Assembly (NCBI GenBank): GCA_963697995.1
Contig: OY969110.1
Location: 158,876-222,875 of the forward strand
From: an uncultured Chlamydiae bacterium
Lineage (GTDB): Bacteria > Chlamydiota > Chlamydiia > Chlamydiales > JAJFMB01
Direction of reading: 5' to 3'
DNA: 64,000 bases
Positions 1-10,014 of this stretch are shown in pieces. How positions within the stretch are numbered: the stretch's first letter is position 1; every line of letters begins with the position of its first letter. The notes under the pieces are model-generated. The model made no database searches. It was given only the letters and a program-made list of their open reading frames with translations, and was not told where the DNA came from. The position numbers and the translations under genes are program-made.

Positions 1-36
1 TTCGACAACATTTGCTCAAAACTCCCACTTCAAGCT

Positions 37-90
37 ACCGACAAAACCGACAGATTTATCAAATTCACCAGATTTGTCGGTTCTGTCGGT
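37..90. repeat. Iteron-like CCGACA repeats, two direct and two inverted, forming an imperfect 21-bp inverted repeat
   Basis: accgacaaaaccgacagattt (37-57) faces agatttgtcggttctgtcggt (70-90). CCGACA sits at 38-43 and 47-52; TGTCGG sits at 75-80 and 84-89. The block lies just downstream of the primase stop codon. Confidence 0.45.
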
Positions 91-106
91 TTCTCGTTCT
101 ACATAT

Positions 107-2656
107 TCATACGATTTTTTCATTCTTAAGCTTTGGGTGTAACCGAAAGATTTTTGCAGATTTCGTTGATGTACACTTTTCCTCGGATTGAATCCATCCA
201 TGCTCAATAAGAATATCCGTTGCATTTTTGGCTTCTTCTAAATCTGATAACTTCGACCACCCAGAACGATATATATCTCGAAGGGTAAAGCCTTCAGCCA
301 AGCTTCCTTTTTTTATTCGTTGCAAGAGTGCCCTTGCCGATTCAATGGCAGGGTTTTCTACACTGGCGTAAAGGCGATGTGCATGCGTTTCTAAATATTT
401 ACACCACTGAACAGCTAATTCAGCAGCTGAACGTTCGACTTGTTTAATCTCTCGATTCAGGTCAGCGTCCTGACAAAATTGAAAGATTAAGGCAAGACTA
501 GGCATTAGGCTGCGGTATTTTGCCAGGTGAGCTTCCATCGAAGGCGAAAGATCTCCACATCGAATACGGTTTTCAAGTTCTGCCCTCCATAAGTTAAAAA
601 CTTGTTGTCCTTCTGGCGAAAATCGTACTGCTGGAACATCTAAGTCAGAATTTGTATCTAGTGAAGAACATTCATAGGAATCAATTCTTTTAAAAATTTC
701 ATAGGCGCGCTTTTTAGCTTCAGTATCAGGCCAACGATCAATGTTAATCCATTCTTTTGGAGCATCTGGCCAAACAGTTAACTGGAAACGTTGTAAAAGA
801 CCATCGTCACCAATTCCACCTTTTGTTGCTTGATAGACATAAGAGGACAAAGGTCCAGGCTGTATGCCTCCAAGAATGCTTAGACAAAGCGCAGGAATAT
901 GAAATGTCCCTCGGCCAATCCTATCCACTGTAAAACAGCCTGTTCCATTCCAGCTTTCAAGAAAAAAAGCCCTGTCGCCCTCTCTATTGTCTTTATCCAA
1001 ACTTTTAAACCACCCTGTGAGCTCATCACGATGAATGAGAATACCTCTAGGATTTTCCAACAAAATTTCGCCAATCTTTTCAGTGGTCCCATCTTCTGTT
1101 TTGTATCTCTTTTCAACTGGAGTGTCAGAGCTTTCAATCTTGGGACGAGAAGCTATTAGAGCATCCAGCTCTTCTTCTCCAACTTTTTTTTTCGCGGCTT
1201 TTTTAAGATCATCTTCAAGAACACTCTTTTGCGCCTTTAACTTCATTTTTTTGAATTCATATCCCTCTATTTCTTCGTCATACTTTGTCTTGGCAGCAAC
1301 AACGAATTGATTGAGAGGCTTCATTACCTCTGAAATTGCAGGAGATTTCATCAATGATGGACGTCCCACAATCGCCCCCCATAGATTAGGGACAACAATC
1401 CAGTCGTCTTTTTCTTTTGGATGAATTCCTAGTTTTCTCCCTATTAAAGATCCAAGAACTACAATGGCAGCAGCAGCGGAGAAATCTGGGGGTATTTGCA
1501 TTCGTTCTGCAATATCGATTATCCATCCGCGTAAAGAGTCGGGCAACATTTCAGATTCAAGAAATGCTACGGATGGGATTCCATCGGGTAATGGTGTTGG
1601 TTCCTCCCAATTTGAATGGGAAGCATCTTCAAGCTGTTGCTTTAAATTGTCTAATCCAAAATAGAAATGAAGATCATTAAAGTCTGAAGGGAGTTTCCCG
1701 TTAGGAAGTTTGAAATCCTTCTGAAATTTAGGAAGTATGAAGTCGCAGCCATATTGTTTGAAAGCTTTTTCAGCAGCATTTTTACCAGGATTTATTGATG
1801 CCCCTTGATGATCTTTTGTTTCCTGATCATCATCGGCAAGTATCGTAATCTTGTTATTGGGATAAAGCTTTCTTAAGTTTTCTATAACAGGGAAAAGATT
1901 ACCACAATCAAATGCCACCACTACTGGAACATTAGTAGCCTCGTGAACACTGGCCGCTGTTGCATATCCTTCGGCAACATAAAAATCCATTCCATTCGAA
2001 ATTTGACCCAAGACAAAGAAATTCCCTTTTTTTTCTCCTCCCCTATAAAAGCTTTTATAAACCTCACCATCAGCCGAAACGCTTATATATTGAAGGGAGC
2101 GAACCTCCCCTTTTTCATTTTCCAATTTAATAATTATCGATTCGTATCCTTTTTCATTTTTACCAAATCCAAGGCCAAAATCTTTAACACCTTTCTTTTC
2201 CAAATAGGCTAAGTGTTTTTTAGTGGGTTTGATATTCTTTACTTCTTCCCATATTTTTTGGCACTCTATAGCAGATTTTTCATATTCTTCTCGAATAACC
2301 TTTTCGGCTCTTTGTCTCGCCTCCCTCACCCTTTTTTTGATCATCTCTAGTTCATCTAAGTCTAACGTCTCATTTTTTTCCCACGAGTTATAAGTGTATT
2401 TTTCTTCAGTACTCCAAGATCCAAATGTACAAATCAACCATTCCGTTCCGTTCTTGCTAATCTCTCTAGAGGCGATATACCATTCATCTGGTTTAGTTTT
2501 CTTATGATCGATAGAAAATCTATGGATTTTCCCATCTACGCGTAAAGGGCCTTCAAAAGGTATTCCGTTATTAGCCATATAGTTCAAACATTCAGATTGA
2601 AGTTCAGAAAAATTTGGTTGATATTGTGGTTTTACCGTCTTTTGTGTTATAGTCAT
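107..2656 (-). CDS. Phage/plasmid-type DNA primase (Toprim) fused to a DUF3987-like, P4-alpha-like NTPase/helicase domain
   Basis: 849-aa ORF. Toprim-like segment YVAEGYATAASVHEATNVPVVVAFDCGNL...ILADDD. N-terminal primase-type region GKIHRF...WLICTFGSWS. Large C-terminal domain with a degenerate P-loop, GAIVGRPSLMKS. Confidence 0.8.
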   Translation of the reverse strand: MTITQKTVKPQYQPNFSELQSECLNYMANNGIPFEGPLRVDGKIHRFSIDHKKTKPDEWYIASREISKNGTEWLICTFGSWSTEEKYTYNSWEKNETLDLDELEMIKKRVREARQRAEKVIREEYEKSAIECQKIWEEVKNIKPTKKHLAYLEKKGVKDFGLGFGKNEKGYESIIIKLENEKGEVRSLQYISVSADGEVYKSFYRGGEKKGNFFVLGQISNGMDFYVAEGYATAASVHEATNVPVVVAFDCGNLFPVIENLRKLYPNNKITILADDDQETKDHQGASINPGKNAAEKAFKQYGCDFILPKFQKDFKLPNGKLPSDFNDLHFYFGLDNLKQQLEDASHSNWEEPTPLPDGIPSVAFLESEMLPDSLRGWIIDIAERMQIPPDFSAAAAIVVLGSLIGRKLGIHPKEKDDWIVVPNLWGAIVGRPSLMKSPAISEVMKPLNQFVVAAKTKYDEEIEGYEFKKMKLKAQKSVLEDDLKKAAKKKVGEEELDALIASRPKIESSDTPVEKRYKTEDGTTEKIGEILLENPRGILIHRDELTGWFKSLDKDNREGDRAFFLESWNGTGCFTVDRIGRGTFHIPALCLSILGGIQPGPLSSYVYQATKGGIGDDGLLQRFQLTVWPDAPKEWINIDRWPDTEAKKRAYEIFKRIDSYECSSLDTNSDLDVPAVRFSPEGQQVFNLWRAELENRIRCGDLSPSMEAHLAKYRSLMPSLALIFQFCQDADLNREIKQVERSAAELAVQWCKYLETHAHRLYASVENPAIESARALLQRIKKGSLAEGFTLRDIYRSGWSKLSDLEEAKNATDILIEHGWIQSEEKCTSTKSAKIFRLHPKLKNEKIV

Positions 2657-2681
2657 GATTAAGCCTCTAAGGTTATTTATT

Positions 2682-2710
2682 GGCGGTTTGCTGCTCTAAC
2701 AGCAACCGCC
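2682..2710 (-). promoter_or_regulatory. GC-rich hairpin between the HTH gene and the primase gene
   Basis: ggcggtttgctg / cagcaaccgcc forms an 11-bp stem with one bulged T. There is no U-run after it on either strand, so it is not a classical terminator. Confidence 0.3.
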
Positions 2711-2762
2711 CTTCTTAATTCTAAATGTTCCATTTACAAATTGGTGTTTTCTCTTTTTTGGT

Positions 2763-3014
2763 TTACAAATCTATATTATCCTCCTTTCTAAACATGTTTT
2801 TGCGAATAAAATCGAGTACAGCGCTACGAGGAATAACGCATCGTCTAGTAGAAATTCTTATAAAGGGAATCTCCCCATCTTGGAGAGCATGCCTAGCGGT
2901 TTGTACTGTGCCAAAAAGCCCGAGAGAAACAAGTTCAGGCAAAGTGAAAAAAGGACGATCCCCGATCTTTTCATTAAGTTCTTTTTCCAAACCGTTCAAA
3001 CATTCTAACGACAT
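2763..3014 (-). CDS. Small HTH DNA-binding protein, excisionase/AlpA-like (HTH_17-type)
   Basis: 83 aa. The pattern FFTLPELVSLGLFGTVQTARHALQDGEIPFIRISTRRCVIPRSAVLDFI is typical of Xis/AlpA winged-helix proteins. It lies directly upstream of the primase. Confidence 0.55.
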   Translation of the reverse strand: MSLECLNGLEKELNEKIGDRPFFTLPELVSLGLFGTVQTARHALQDGEIPFIRISTRRCVIPRSAVLDFIRKNMFRKEDNIDL

Positions 3015-3371
3015 ATTAATTCCTCATTTTTTGAGGCGTCGCCATGTTGAGAAGGCAAAAAAATATTTACACTTCAAAACCCTTGAAATGCAAAGGATTC
3101 CTTGATATCCTAGAGATTAAGAGAAGCACAGGACGAAACCATGCTCTTTGCCGTGAAGAAGGTACCAACTTCTTTACGGCTTTTTTTTATCTCTTTTTCC
3201 TATCACCTTTTCAACACAGCCTCACCATTTTGTTTTTTTCTTTATCTGCTCTAAAGAGCTTTTGCCCTCTAAAACCATCTTATAACCTCTATACTATAAA
3301 AAAATATGTATATCAAGTTTAACTTTAACATTTTATATTTTTGTTAAATACTTTATTGCACTCATTTGCTA

Positions 3372-3581
3372 TTAGTTGTTATTTGTTGTGGTTTGTCCAG
3401 AAATCCAATCTTCCATGGCATGGACATCTAATAAAATTTTCCTGCCTATCCGTTTTACCACCCTTTTTTCAAAATCTTTATTTGAAAAAATCAAATGTCG
3501 CACACCCCCTTCAGGAATATACCCAAAGGTCGACACCCACTTTTTGACGGTCATATATTTTGCCTCTTCTACTGTTTGCAT
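3372..3581 (-). CDS. Small HTH excisionase-like protein
   Basis: YMTVKKWVSTFGYIPEGGVRHLI...VKRIGRKILLDVHAMEDWI resembles the Xis/HTH_17 pattern. The start is placed at the internal Met (MQTVEEAKY); the ORF is open up to 3623. Confidence 0.5.
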   Translation of the reverse strand: MQTVEEAKYMTVKKWVSTFGYIPEGGVRHLIFSNKDFEKRVVKRIGRKILLDVHAMEDWISGQTTTNNN

Positions 3582-3722
3582 TATTTCCTCCTTTATTGCC
3601 CACAACCCGTTACAGGCTTTCACGAGCTTTGATCAAAGAATACGAATATCCACAAAATTTAAAAATTGGTGTTTTCAAAATTTTTTCCTTCAAAAAACCA
3701 ATTTACAAAAAACAACTCACAA

Positions 3723-4664
3723 TCATGCTCCAAAAATTAATTTTCTTTTTCGTGATAGTGTGTCGTATTGGCATTGAATTAAATAAAACCTTTCTTCGAT
3801 GATGGTACAGATAAAATTAAACACCATCTCATTAGAATTATTTAAATAAAGACTAACCACTAAATCCTCTCCCATTAATTGAATAAATTCATCGACATCT
3901 AATTTTAGAAATGGCTCTAAGCCTAGAAGTTTAATTTTTTCACAAAAAATAACACTTATTACAACTTCAAGAAGAGGAAAATTAAATCTTAAAGTTCCTG
4001 TCTCATCAACCGAACGAACCTCAGGTAAAGCCATTAATTTGCATTTACGTTTACTTTTCTTGTTATCTTTTGGACGTCCAGGTTCACCTTTGATATCAAA
4101 AAATCTTTTATTCACCTCTTTTCTAAGCGACGAAGTATCCTCATTTCCTTTAATCTGTTTGCATAAAGTATCAATCGGAATATTGGGATTTTGAGAAAGG
4201 ATACATAAAGCTTTCGTCAACTCATTTACTTTGTCCGATTTAATTGTCTTTTGGAAATCCTGACGAATTTGCAATTTTTCTAAAAGTCTTTCTCGAATTA
4301 AAACCCCCTTTTTCAAAGCCCATACAATTATAGACCAAGGGGAAACAAGATAATTTGAACCACTGCAGATAACTTGATGCCTTGCAGGCAAATAATAATA
4401 CTCAATATCCTTTTTCATATCTGTAAAGACCTTTTCAAAATGTTTTCCAAGCACTTTAAAGTCAATTTCTCCAGAATGTGGAATGTAAAAAAAAGGACGA
4501 TCTAATTTTATGTCTTCAGGTATGTACATACCAGGACTTTCATAATAAATTTCTTTTTTTGGCCACCCAATTAATTCCCAAACAGCCTCATGGAGTGCCC
4601 AAAAACGGTTATTGAGAGATAACTCAGATTCACAATTTATTACTTCGTTTTGTTGTTTGTTCAT
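3723..4664 (-). CDS. Hypothetical protein, unknown gene of the island
   Basis: 313-aa ORF with a good SD (GAGGAG) upstream of the ATG. I recognise no motif. It has a basic central patch, GRPKDNKKSKRKCK. Confidence 0.5.
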   Translation of the reverse strand: MNKQQNEVINCESELSLNNRFWALHEAVWELIGWPKKEIYYESPGMYIPEDIKLDRPFFYIPHSGEIDFKVLGKHFEKVFTDMKKDIEYYYLPARHQVICSGSNYLVSPWSIIVWALKKGVLIRERLLEKLQIRQDFQKTIKSDKVNELTKALCILSQNPNIPIDTLCKQIKGNEDTSSLRKEVNKRFFDIKGEPGRPKDNKKSKRKCKLMALPEVRSVDETGTLRFNFPLLEVVISVIFCEKIKLLGLEPFLKLDVDEFIQLMGEDLVVSLYLNNSNEMVFNFICTIIEERFYLIQCQYDTLSRKRKLIFGA

Positions 4665-4679
4665 GTTTAGCTCCTCTGT

Positions 4680-5738
4680 TTACCCAAAAATTTTTTGATT
4701 CATTTTTGAAACTACACCAGCCGTGTGTGTGTCTGAAAGGTGGGCGTAACGTTTCACCATCGCAAGTGTTTTGTGCCCTAAGACTTCAGCTATTTCAGCA
4801 AGGCTCGCCCCGTTCATCACTAAATAGGATGCCGCCGTGTGACGGAGATCATGGTATTTAAAATTGGAAATGTTAGCCCTTTTGAGAGCACTCTCCCAAG
4901 CAGTCCGAATATCTATTGGTTTTTTTGGAAACTTTCCTGGAAAAAGGAGATGGGTATCGATTCGTCTAATTTTATCTAACTGCTTTAGCAATTCCAAAGC
5001 ATGCCCTGTTATCGCAACCTGACGAATTTCCCCGTTTTTAGTTTCCTTTAGAATCACACGCTCCTTTACTAAATCAACATCACCCCATGTCAAAGTCATT
5101 AGCTCTGTATGCCTCATTCCAGTTGAAAGAGCCAAGACTACAATCGTGTAAAGATAGGGGTTAGGGCTTTCTTTACAAGCTTCAAGAAGGCGTATACGTT
5201 CATCTTCATCTAAAAAACGTACCCTCCCCCTTGGCTCTTTTGGCTTAGTCACCTTTCTAATTGGCGAATCATCTACCCAGCCCCATTCTTTCATCGCAAT
5301 GGTGTAGGCATGTGAAAGAACTGCCATATACCGAACTACCGTTGAAGGGCTTCTTTGCTTTTTTCTTAATGTTGTCCCCTTTAGAAGAACGTCCCTTTTC
5401 TCAGCTATGAGTGAAGGAGTTATGTCGGAAAGGTAATAACACCCCAAATGGTCCTTCCACCAGTTAAGCTGGGCTGTTTGCTTTTCAATGCTTTTCCTTT
5501 TGGTAGGAAGTATATTTTCGATATATCGTTCAATTAGATCAGCAAGAGTGTGCTTCTTTGATTCAGAAGTTTTGAAATGCCTTCCTTCACGAATTGCAGC
5601 CTCTGTTTGCTGAATCCAACGATCTGCATCAGTCTTCCTTTTAAAAGAAGCATGTTGAGGAGGACAGCCCTTTATCCTGATTTGAACATAGTAACGAATT
5701 TTTCCACTCTTATCTTTAAGCTCTTTGATTGATGCCAT
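4680..5738 (-). CDS. int: Tyrosine recombinase / phage-type integrase
   Basis: C-terminal catalytic motifs: MRHTEL, HDLRHTAASYLVMNGASLAEIAEVLGHKTLAMVKRYAHL. The start is taken at ATG 5738 (MASIKEL), which is preceded by AGGAAGGGA. It is adjacent to a tRNA 3' end. Confidence 0.9.
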   Translation of the reverse strand: MASIKELKDKSGKIRYYVQIRIKGCPPQHASFKRKTDADRWIQQTEAAIREGRHFKTSESKKHTLADLIERYIENILPTKRKSIEKQTAQLNWWKDHLGCYYLSDITPSLIAEKRDVLLKGTTLRKKQRSPSTVVRYMAVLSHAYTIAMKEWGWVDDSPIRKVTKPKEPRGRVRFLDEDERIRLLEACKESPNPYLYTIVVLALSTGMRHTELMTLTWGDVDLVKERVILKETKNGEIRQVAITGHALELLKQLDKIRRIDTHLLFPGKFPKKPIDIRTAWESALKRANISNFKYHDLRHTAASYLVMNGASLAEIAEVLGHKTLAMVKRYAHLSDTHTAGVVSKMNQKIFG

Positions 5739-6072
5739 TAGTCCCTTCCTTGATAAAATATAACGAAAAATATAGCCCAAGGGATTTCAAATCCCCTAGG
5801 TTTGATAGATATTTTCTCTCGTAAAATAACGAATTATGAAAGGAGGTTATAGCAGATTTCCCCACTTTTTCCCCACAAAAATAGAAACTTGTCAACATAA
5901 GCGTAATTCCACGTTTTGTCATTTGTTGCTGTATGTTGTGTGTAAGTGGGAAAAAAATGGGGAAAATTCCCCAGAGCAAAAAAAAGGGACCAAAATCTGT
6001 AATGATTTAGGCCCCTTAACGTGATAGTGTAAACCAGTCTTGTTCAAGGACTTAACACTATCGCGGTTTGGC

Positions 6073-6157
6073 TGCTCGGGGCGGGACTCGAACCCGCACG
6101 GGCGCTAAGGCCCAAGGGATTTTAAGTCCCTTGTGTCTACCATTCCACCACCCGAGC
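6073..6157 (-). tRNA. tRNA-Leu (anticodon UAA), class II with a long variable arm
   Basis: Acceptor GCTCGGG / CCCGAGC. T arm GCGGG-TTCGAGT-CCCGC. Anticodon loop CT-TAA-AA. 85 nt; CCA is not encoded. Confidence 0.9.
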
Positions 6158-6221
6158 CGAATGAATGAACCGCTATTATAGCCTCAAAAACCATTCCAAA
6201 GCAAGTTCTTTTTAATGGAAT

Positions 6222-6250
6222 CCCCAGCTTAAAAAAACTTTAAGCTGGGG
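6222..6250 (-). terminator. Perfect 12-bp hairpin between the upstream CDS and tRNA-Leu
   Basis: ccccagcttaaa-aaaac-tttaagctgggg. It lies 13 nt after the stop of the 6263..7027 gene. No clean U-run follows it. Confidence 0.4.
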
Positions 6251-6262
6251 GGCCCACTTACT

Positions 6263-7027
6263 TTACTCAACTGTCGTCTCTCGGGACGTGTTGATATAAT
6301 CCTCTGTATTACTAAAAGAATCGGCTCGACGCTCTCTTTGCTCTCTCATCTCCTCCTCCTCTTCAGAAGTTAGATCAAATACACCAAATTCACCCTCCTC
6401 GCCAAAGGTTGGGAATTCCTCCTCTGCTTCGAATATCGTCGCGTCAGCCTTCTCCTCTTTACTAAAAAAAGCATCCTTGAATAACGCATCGTCCTTGTAT
6501 CTGGCTATCGTCTCTGATATCAAAGTATTCGGCGGTGGCAATAGGGACGATAATCCCCCCGTTTTCTTCGGAGTTGGTACCGCCTTCTCCTCTTTCTCTA
6601 CTTTAGGTGCAGGCACTTCAGCTTGTGTTTCCTCATCCAAATCGTCCTTAGAACGCTTGCGACGAAGTTTCTTGCGGTCTTTCTTCTTCTCGACCTTAGG
6701 TTGCGACTCTTCCTCTTCCGATTCAACAGGCGCCACTTTCTCCTCTTTCTTCCCACCACCTATCTTGATCGAACGCTCAAGTCCTGCATTCTTCAACACA
6801 AGGCGAGCCTCTCTAACTTCCAAGACCTCGTAGTCATTTGATGGCACTAAAAATGCCTTAGGACGCTCTAAAGAGCGGAAAAAAAATGTCTGGCCAAATG
6901 AGACCATTTCAACGGCATCGACAAAAAACTCCTCCTGGCCTGATGCTTTACTACTTCTCACAACAAGTTTACAGCCATCTTTCGGAGTGATTACACTTTG
7001 TATTATGGGTTCTCGCGTAAAATCCAC
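6263..7027 (-). CDS. Hypothetical protein with a globular N-terminus and a long acidic/lysine-rich low-complexity tail
   Basis: 254-aa ORF. The shadow ORFs on the + strand are low-complexity only. Confidence 0.6.
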   Translation of the reverse strand: MDFTREPIIQSVITPKDGCKLVVRSSKASGQEEFFVDAVEMVSFGQTFFFRSLERPKAFLVPSNDYEVLEVREARLVLKNAGLERSIKIGGGKKEEKVAPVESEEEESQPKVEKKKDRKKLRRKRSKDDLDEETQAEVPAPKVEKEEKAVPTPKKTGGLSSLLPPPNTLISETIARYKDDALFKDAFFSKEEKADATIFEAEEEFPTFGEEGEFGVFDLTSEEEEEMREQRERRADSFSNTEDYINTSRETTVE

Positions 7028-7061
7028 GGTTTCACCTTTTATTAACGGGTTAAGAAAAAAG

Positions 7062-8081
7062 CTATTTAGCCTCTTTCGACTTCATGTATGCGAGTAAATC
7101 GACTAGACGCGCTGCATAACCCATCTCATTGTCATACCAAGCTATGACCTTGAAAAAGTGACCGTTTAATGCAATTCCTGCATCACGATCAAATATCGCT
7201 GAATAAGTTGACCCAATAAAATCTGAAGACACCACAGGATCTTCTGTATATCCCAATATCCCCTTCAAAGATCCCTCTGAAGCCTTTTTCATCGCTAAAC
7301 ATACGTCATCGTATGTCGCACTCTTTGAAAGCTTCACTGTTAAATCCACCACAGAAACATCCGCAACAGGAACACGCATTGCCATCCCCGTTAACTTACC
7401 CTTTACCGCAGGCAAGCAGAGGCCCACCGCAACGGCTGCCCCAGTCGATGAAGGAATCACGTTCTGAAGCGCTCCACGCCCCCCCCTAAAATCCTTCTTA
7501 GAAGGACCGTCTACTGTCGGTTGACTCGCCGTCAATGCATGAATCGTCGTCATCAAACCCTCCTCTATACCAAAAGTGTCTAAAAGCACCTTTGTTATCG
7601 GAGCTAAACAGTTGGTCGTACAAGAAGCGTTCGATACGATCTTGTCCCTCTCAGGGTTATAAGTTTCGTGATTCACACCCATCACGAGCGTAGGCACATC
7701 TCCCTTCGCAGGAGCAGATATCACTACCCGCTTAGCTCCAGCTTTAAGATGCTTTCCCGCAAGTTCCGGTGTTGTAAAAAGTCCTGTGGATTCCACTACG
7801 TAATCGATATTGAGCCTCCCCCAAGGAAGAGACTCCGGATCTTTTTCAGAAAATATTGAGACGCTCTTACCATTGATAATCAACGCGTCGTCTTTTACTC
7901 CTATCTCTTGAGAAAATCGGCCATGAGTAGAATCGTATTTCAACAAATACCCTAAATTACTACTCGGAACCAAATCATTAATGGCGACAATCTCGAAATC
8001 AGTCCTAGTCGCCATTAAACGACAAACTAATCTCCCGATTCGTCCAAATCCATTAATTGCTATGCGAATAGGCACTAGCAC
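7062..8081 (-). CDS. gapA: Glyceraldehyde-3-phosphate dehydrogenase
   Basis: [12 protein letters not shown]-binding motif. Active-site motif [20 protein letters not shown] near the C-terminus. Confidence 0.95.
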   Translation of the reverse strand: MLVPIRIAINGFGRIGRLVCRLMATRTDFEIVAINDLVPSSNLGYLLKYDSTHGRFSQEIGVKDDALIINGKSVSIFSEKDPESLPWGRLNIDYVVESTGLFTTPELAGKHLKAGAKRVVISAPAKGDVPTLVMGVNHETYNPERDKIVSNASCTTNCLAPITKVLLDTFGIEEGLMTTIHALTASQPTVDGPSKKDFRGGRGALQNVIPSSTGAAVAVGLCLPAVKGKLTGMAMRVPVADVSVVDLTVKLSKSATYDDVCLAMKKASEGSLKGILGYTEDPVVSSDFIGSTYSAIFDRDAGIALNGHFFKVIAWYDNEMGYAARLVDLLAYMKSKEAK

Positions 8082-8143
8082 TCTCTCCTATTTTTTTAGA
8101 GATCATTTAAAATTAATCATCATACGGGAAAAACTTTTCGAAA

Positions 8144-8578
8144 TCAAGCTTTTCTAAGCTCCTGTAAATCAATCTGTAAGCGCGCAAGATACTCTTTTGC
8201 TATCCGAATTTCTGCCAATTTCTTTTTCACTTCTTCTCTTTTTTTTAAAAAAGCTAACTTCTCTCGACCAGACTTCATCCCCTTCAAATTTTCCGCACGC
8301 AAAAGGATCGCACTCTTAAGAGCTACCTTTAACTTTTTTGCCATCTCTTCGTCCTTTACACCCACAATCTTATCCGAATCGACTATAATATTTTTAAGCT
8401 TCGAAAACTTCTCCCTAAATCCCTTCAATTGAAGTTTATCCCCGTTTCCAGTTGCCAGAGCTCTCCAAAACTCCTCAATTTGAGCTATATCTTCCTCAGA
8501 CTTAATCTCTTCATCCTCCTCAATCGAGGTCAAATAAATCATACAAGTGGCCACGAGACGCTCTACCGGTTCCATCAT
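8144..8578 (-). CDS. Hypothetical coiled-coil protein
   Basis: 144-aa ORF, charged and helical in composition, with no recognisable motif. Confidence 0.45.
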   Translation of the reverse strand: MMEPVERLVATCMIYLTSIEEDEEIKSEEDIAQIEEFWRALATGNGDKLQLKGFREKFSKLKNIIVDSDKIVGVKDEEMAKKLKVALKSAILLRAENLKGMKSGREKLAFLKKREEVKKKLAEIRIAKEYLARLQIDLQELRKA

Positions 8579-8692
8579 TCCCCTCCCTAAACTTCAATTT
8601 TTCTTTTAACAGAAACTATTCCCTACTTATCATGTTCCCCTTTTTTTAAAAACCTGATACACTCAAGATTCTTTAAATAAAAAGGTGTTCCC

Positions 8693-9055
8693 ATGCAAAA
8701 AGGGCATTTTCTAGAATTTCCTTGTTCCACCTGCAAAACAAAAGTCAAATTTTCCCTTCTTGAGCTCTCTAAAAAACCGGAAGTTGTCTGTACCTCATGT
8801 TCCACACCCTACACCTTCGCTGATAAAGATCTTCAACGACAACTGAAATGCTTTAACGACCTTTGCGCTCAACTCCTTGACTCTCAAGAAATTTTAAGTC
8901 AAACAAGCGTTGGAATTGACGTCGGGGATCACCACGTAAAAATTCCTTTCAAACTTTTGCTGACTCGGTTAAATTCTCAACTAGATTTAAAAATAAACGG
9001 GGAAGTGATTCCGATTGCTTTCCGTTTTGAACCCCTTAAAGGCCAGGCTGTATGA
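8693..9055 (+). CDS. Hypothetical zinc-ribbon-like protein
   Basis: Two CxxC pairs (CSTC...CTSC). Its stop overlaps the tal start as ATGA, which suggests translational coupling. Confidence 0.5.
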   Translation: MQKGHFLEFPCSTCKTKVKFSLLELSKKPEVVCTSCSTPYTFADKDLQRQLKCFNDLCAQLLDSQEILSQTSVGIDVGDHHVKIPFKLLLTRLNSQLDLKINGEVIPIAFRFEPLKGQAV

Positions 9056-10014
9056 ACAAACTCGAAAGTTTAAAAACATTCACAACCGTTGTCGCAGACA
9101 CTGGCGACTTTGAAACGATTAAGATCTATAAACCGGAAGACGCAACCACTAACCCCTCTCTTATTCTCGCTGCCTGCAACAAGCCGCAATACCACCATTT
9201 GATCGAAGATGCCGTTGCGTTCGCTAAAACTCACGGGGAAACACAGCAAGCAAGGCATGACATTGTGATCGACAAGCTCTTCGTCAACTTTGGCATTGAA
9301 ATCTTAAAAGTGGTCCCTCATAGGGTCTCCACTGAAGTGCCTGCTAAACTCTCTTTTGACACAAGAGCGAGTATCCACAAGGCTAAATATTTGATCCACC
9401 TCTACGAAAAGGCAGGAATTAGTAAAGATCGGGTATTGATTAAGCTGGCTAGCACATGGGAAGGGATCGAAGCGTGCAAGGAGCTTGAAAAAGAGGGGAT
9501 CCATTGCAATATGACGCTCATGTTCTCTCTTGTTCAAGCGATTGCTTGTGCCAATGCTAAAGCCACACTCATCTCTCCCTTCGTCGGTAGAATCCTCGAT
9601 TGGTACAAAAAAGCGGAGGGGGTTGATGGGTACCCGAAAGAGAAAGATCCTGGCGTCCTTTCAGTCAAAGAGATCTACAACTATTTGAAAAAATTTGATT
9701 ATAAAACCCAGGTGATGGGAGCTTCATTTAGGAATGTCGATGAGATCTTAGAATTAGCAGGCTCCGACCTTTTGACCATCTCCCCAGAGTTTTTAAAGCA
9801 ACTCTCTGAAATGGAAGGGATTGTGGAAAGAAAATTAAGCGTTGAGGGTGCTAAAGCCTCTTCCGTTGAAAAACAGGAGTTAAACGAAGCTGAGTTCCGC
9901 TTTGCATTGAACCAAAGCGCTATGGCTACAGAAAAACTAGCCGAAGGGATAAGGAAATTTGCAGAGGACTCAAAAAAATTAGAGGAGTACATCTCTAAGA
10001 CTTACGCTCTTTAA
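9052..10014 (+). CDS. tal: Transaldolase
   Basis: [17 protein letters not shown] and [10 protein letters not shown] motifs over 320 aa. Confidence 0.95.
   Translation: MNKLESLKTFTTVVADTGDFETIKIYKPEDATTNPSLILAACNKPQYHHLIEDAVAFAKTHGETQQARHDIVIDKLFVNFGIEILKVVPHRVSTEVPAKLSFDTRASIHKAKYLIHLYEKAGISKDRVLIKLASTWEGIEACKELEKEGIHCNMTLMFSLVQAIACANAKATLISPFVGRILDWYKKAEGVDGYPKEKDPGVLSVKEIYNYLKKFDYKTQVMGASFRNVDEILELAGSDLLTISPEFLKQLSEMEGIVERKLSVEGAKASSVEKQELNEAEFRFALNQSAMATEKLAEGIRKFAEDSKKLEEYISKTYAL

Larger units (their letters stand above)
1..6072. mobile_element. Integrative genomic island or satellite-like element at the 3' end of tRNA-Leu(UAA); partial, the distal end lies beyond the window start
   Basis: The co-oriented module tRNA / integrase / unknown / two HTH excisionase-like genes / Toprim-DUF3987-like primase starts immediately downstream of the tRNA 3' end. 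No copy of the tRNA 3' segment (second att) occurs in 1..6000, so the far boundary is outside the window. Confidence 0.65.

Noticed and set aside
16-225. 69-aa ORF overlapping the primase 3' end
   Set aside because: It overlaps the primase C-terminus in another frame. The region at 37-90 is better explained by the iteron-like repeats.
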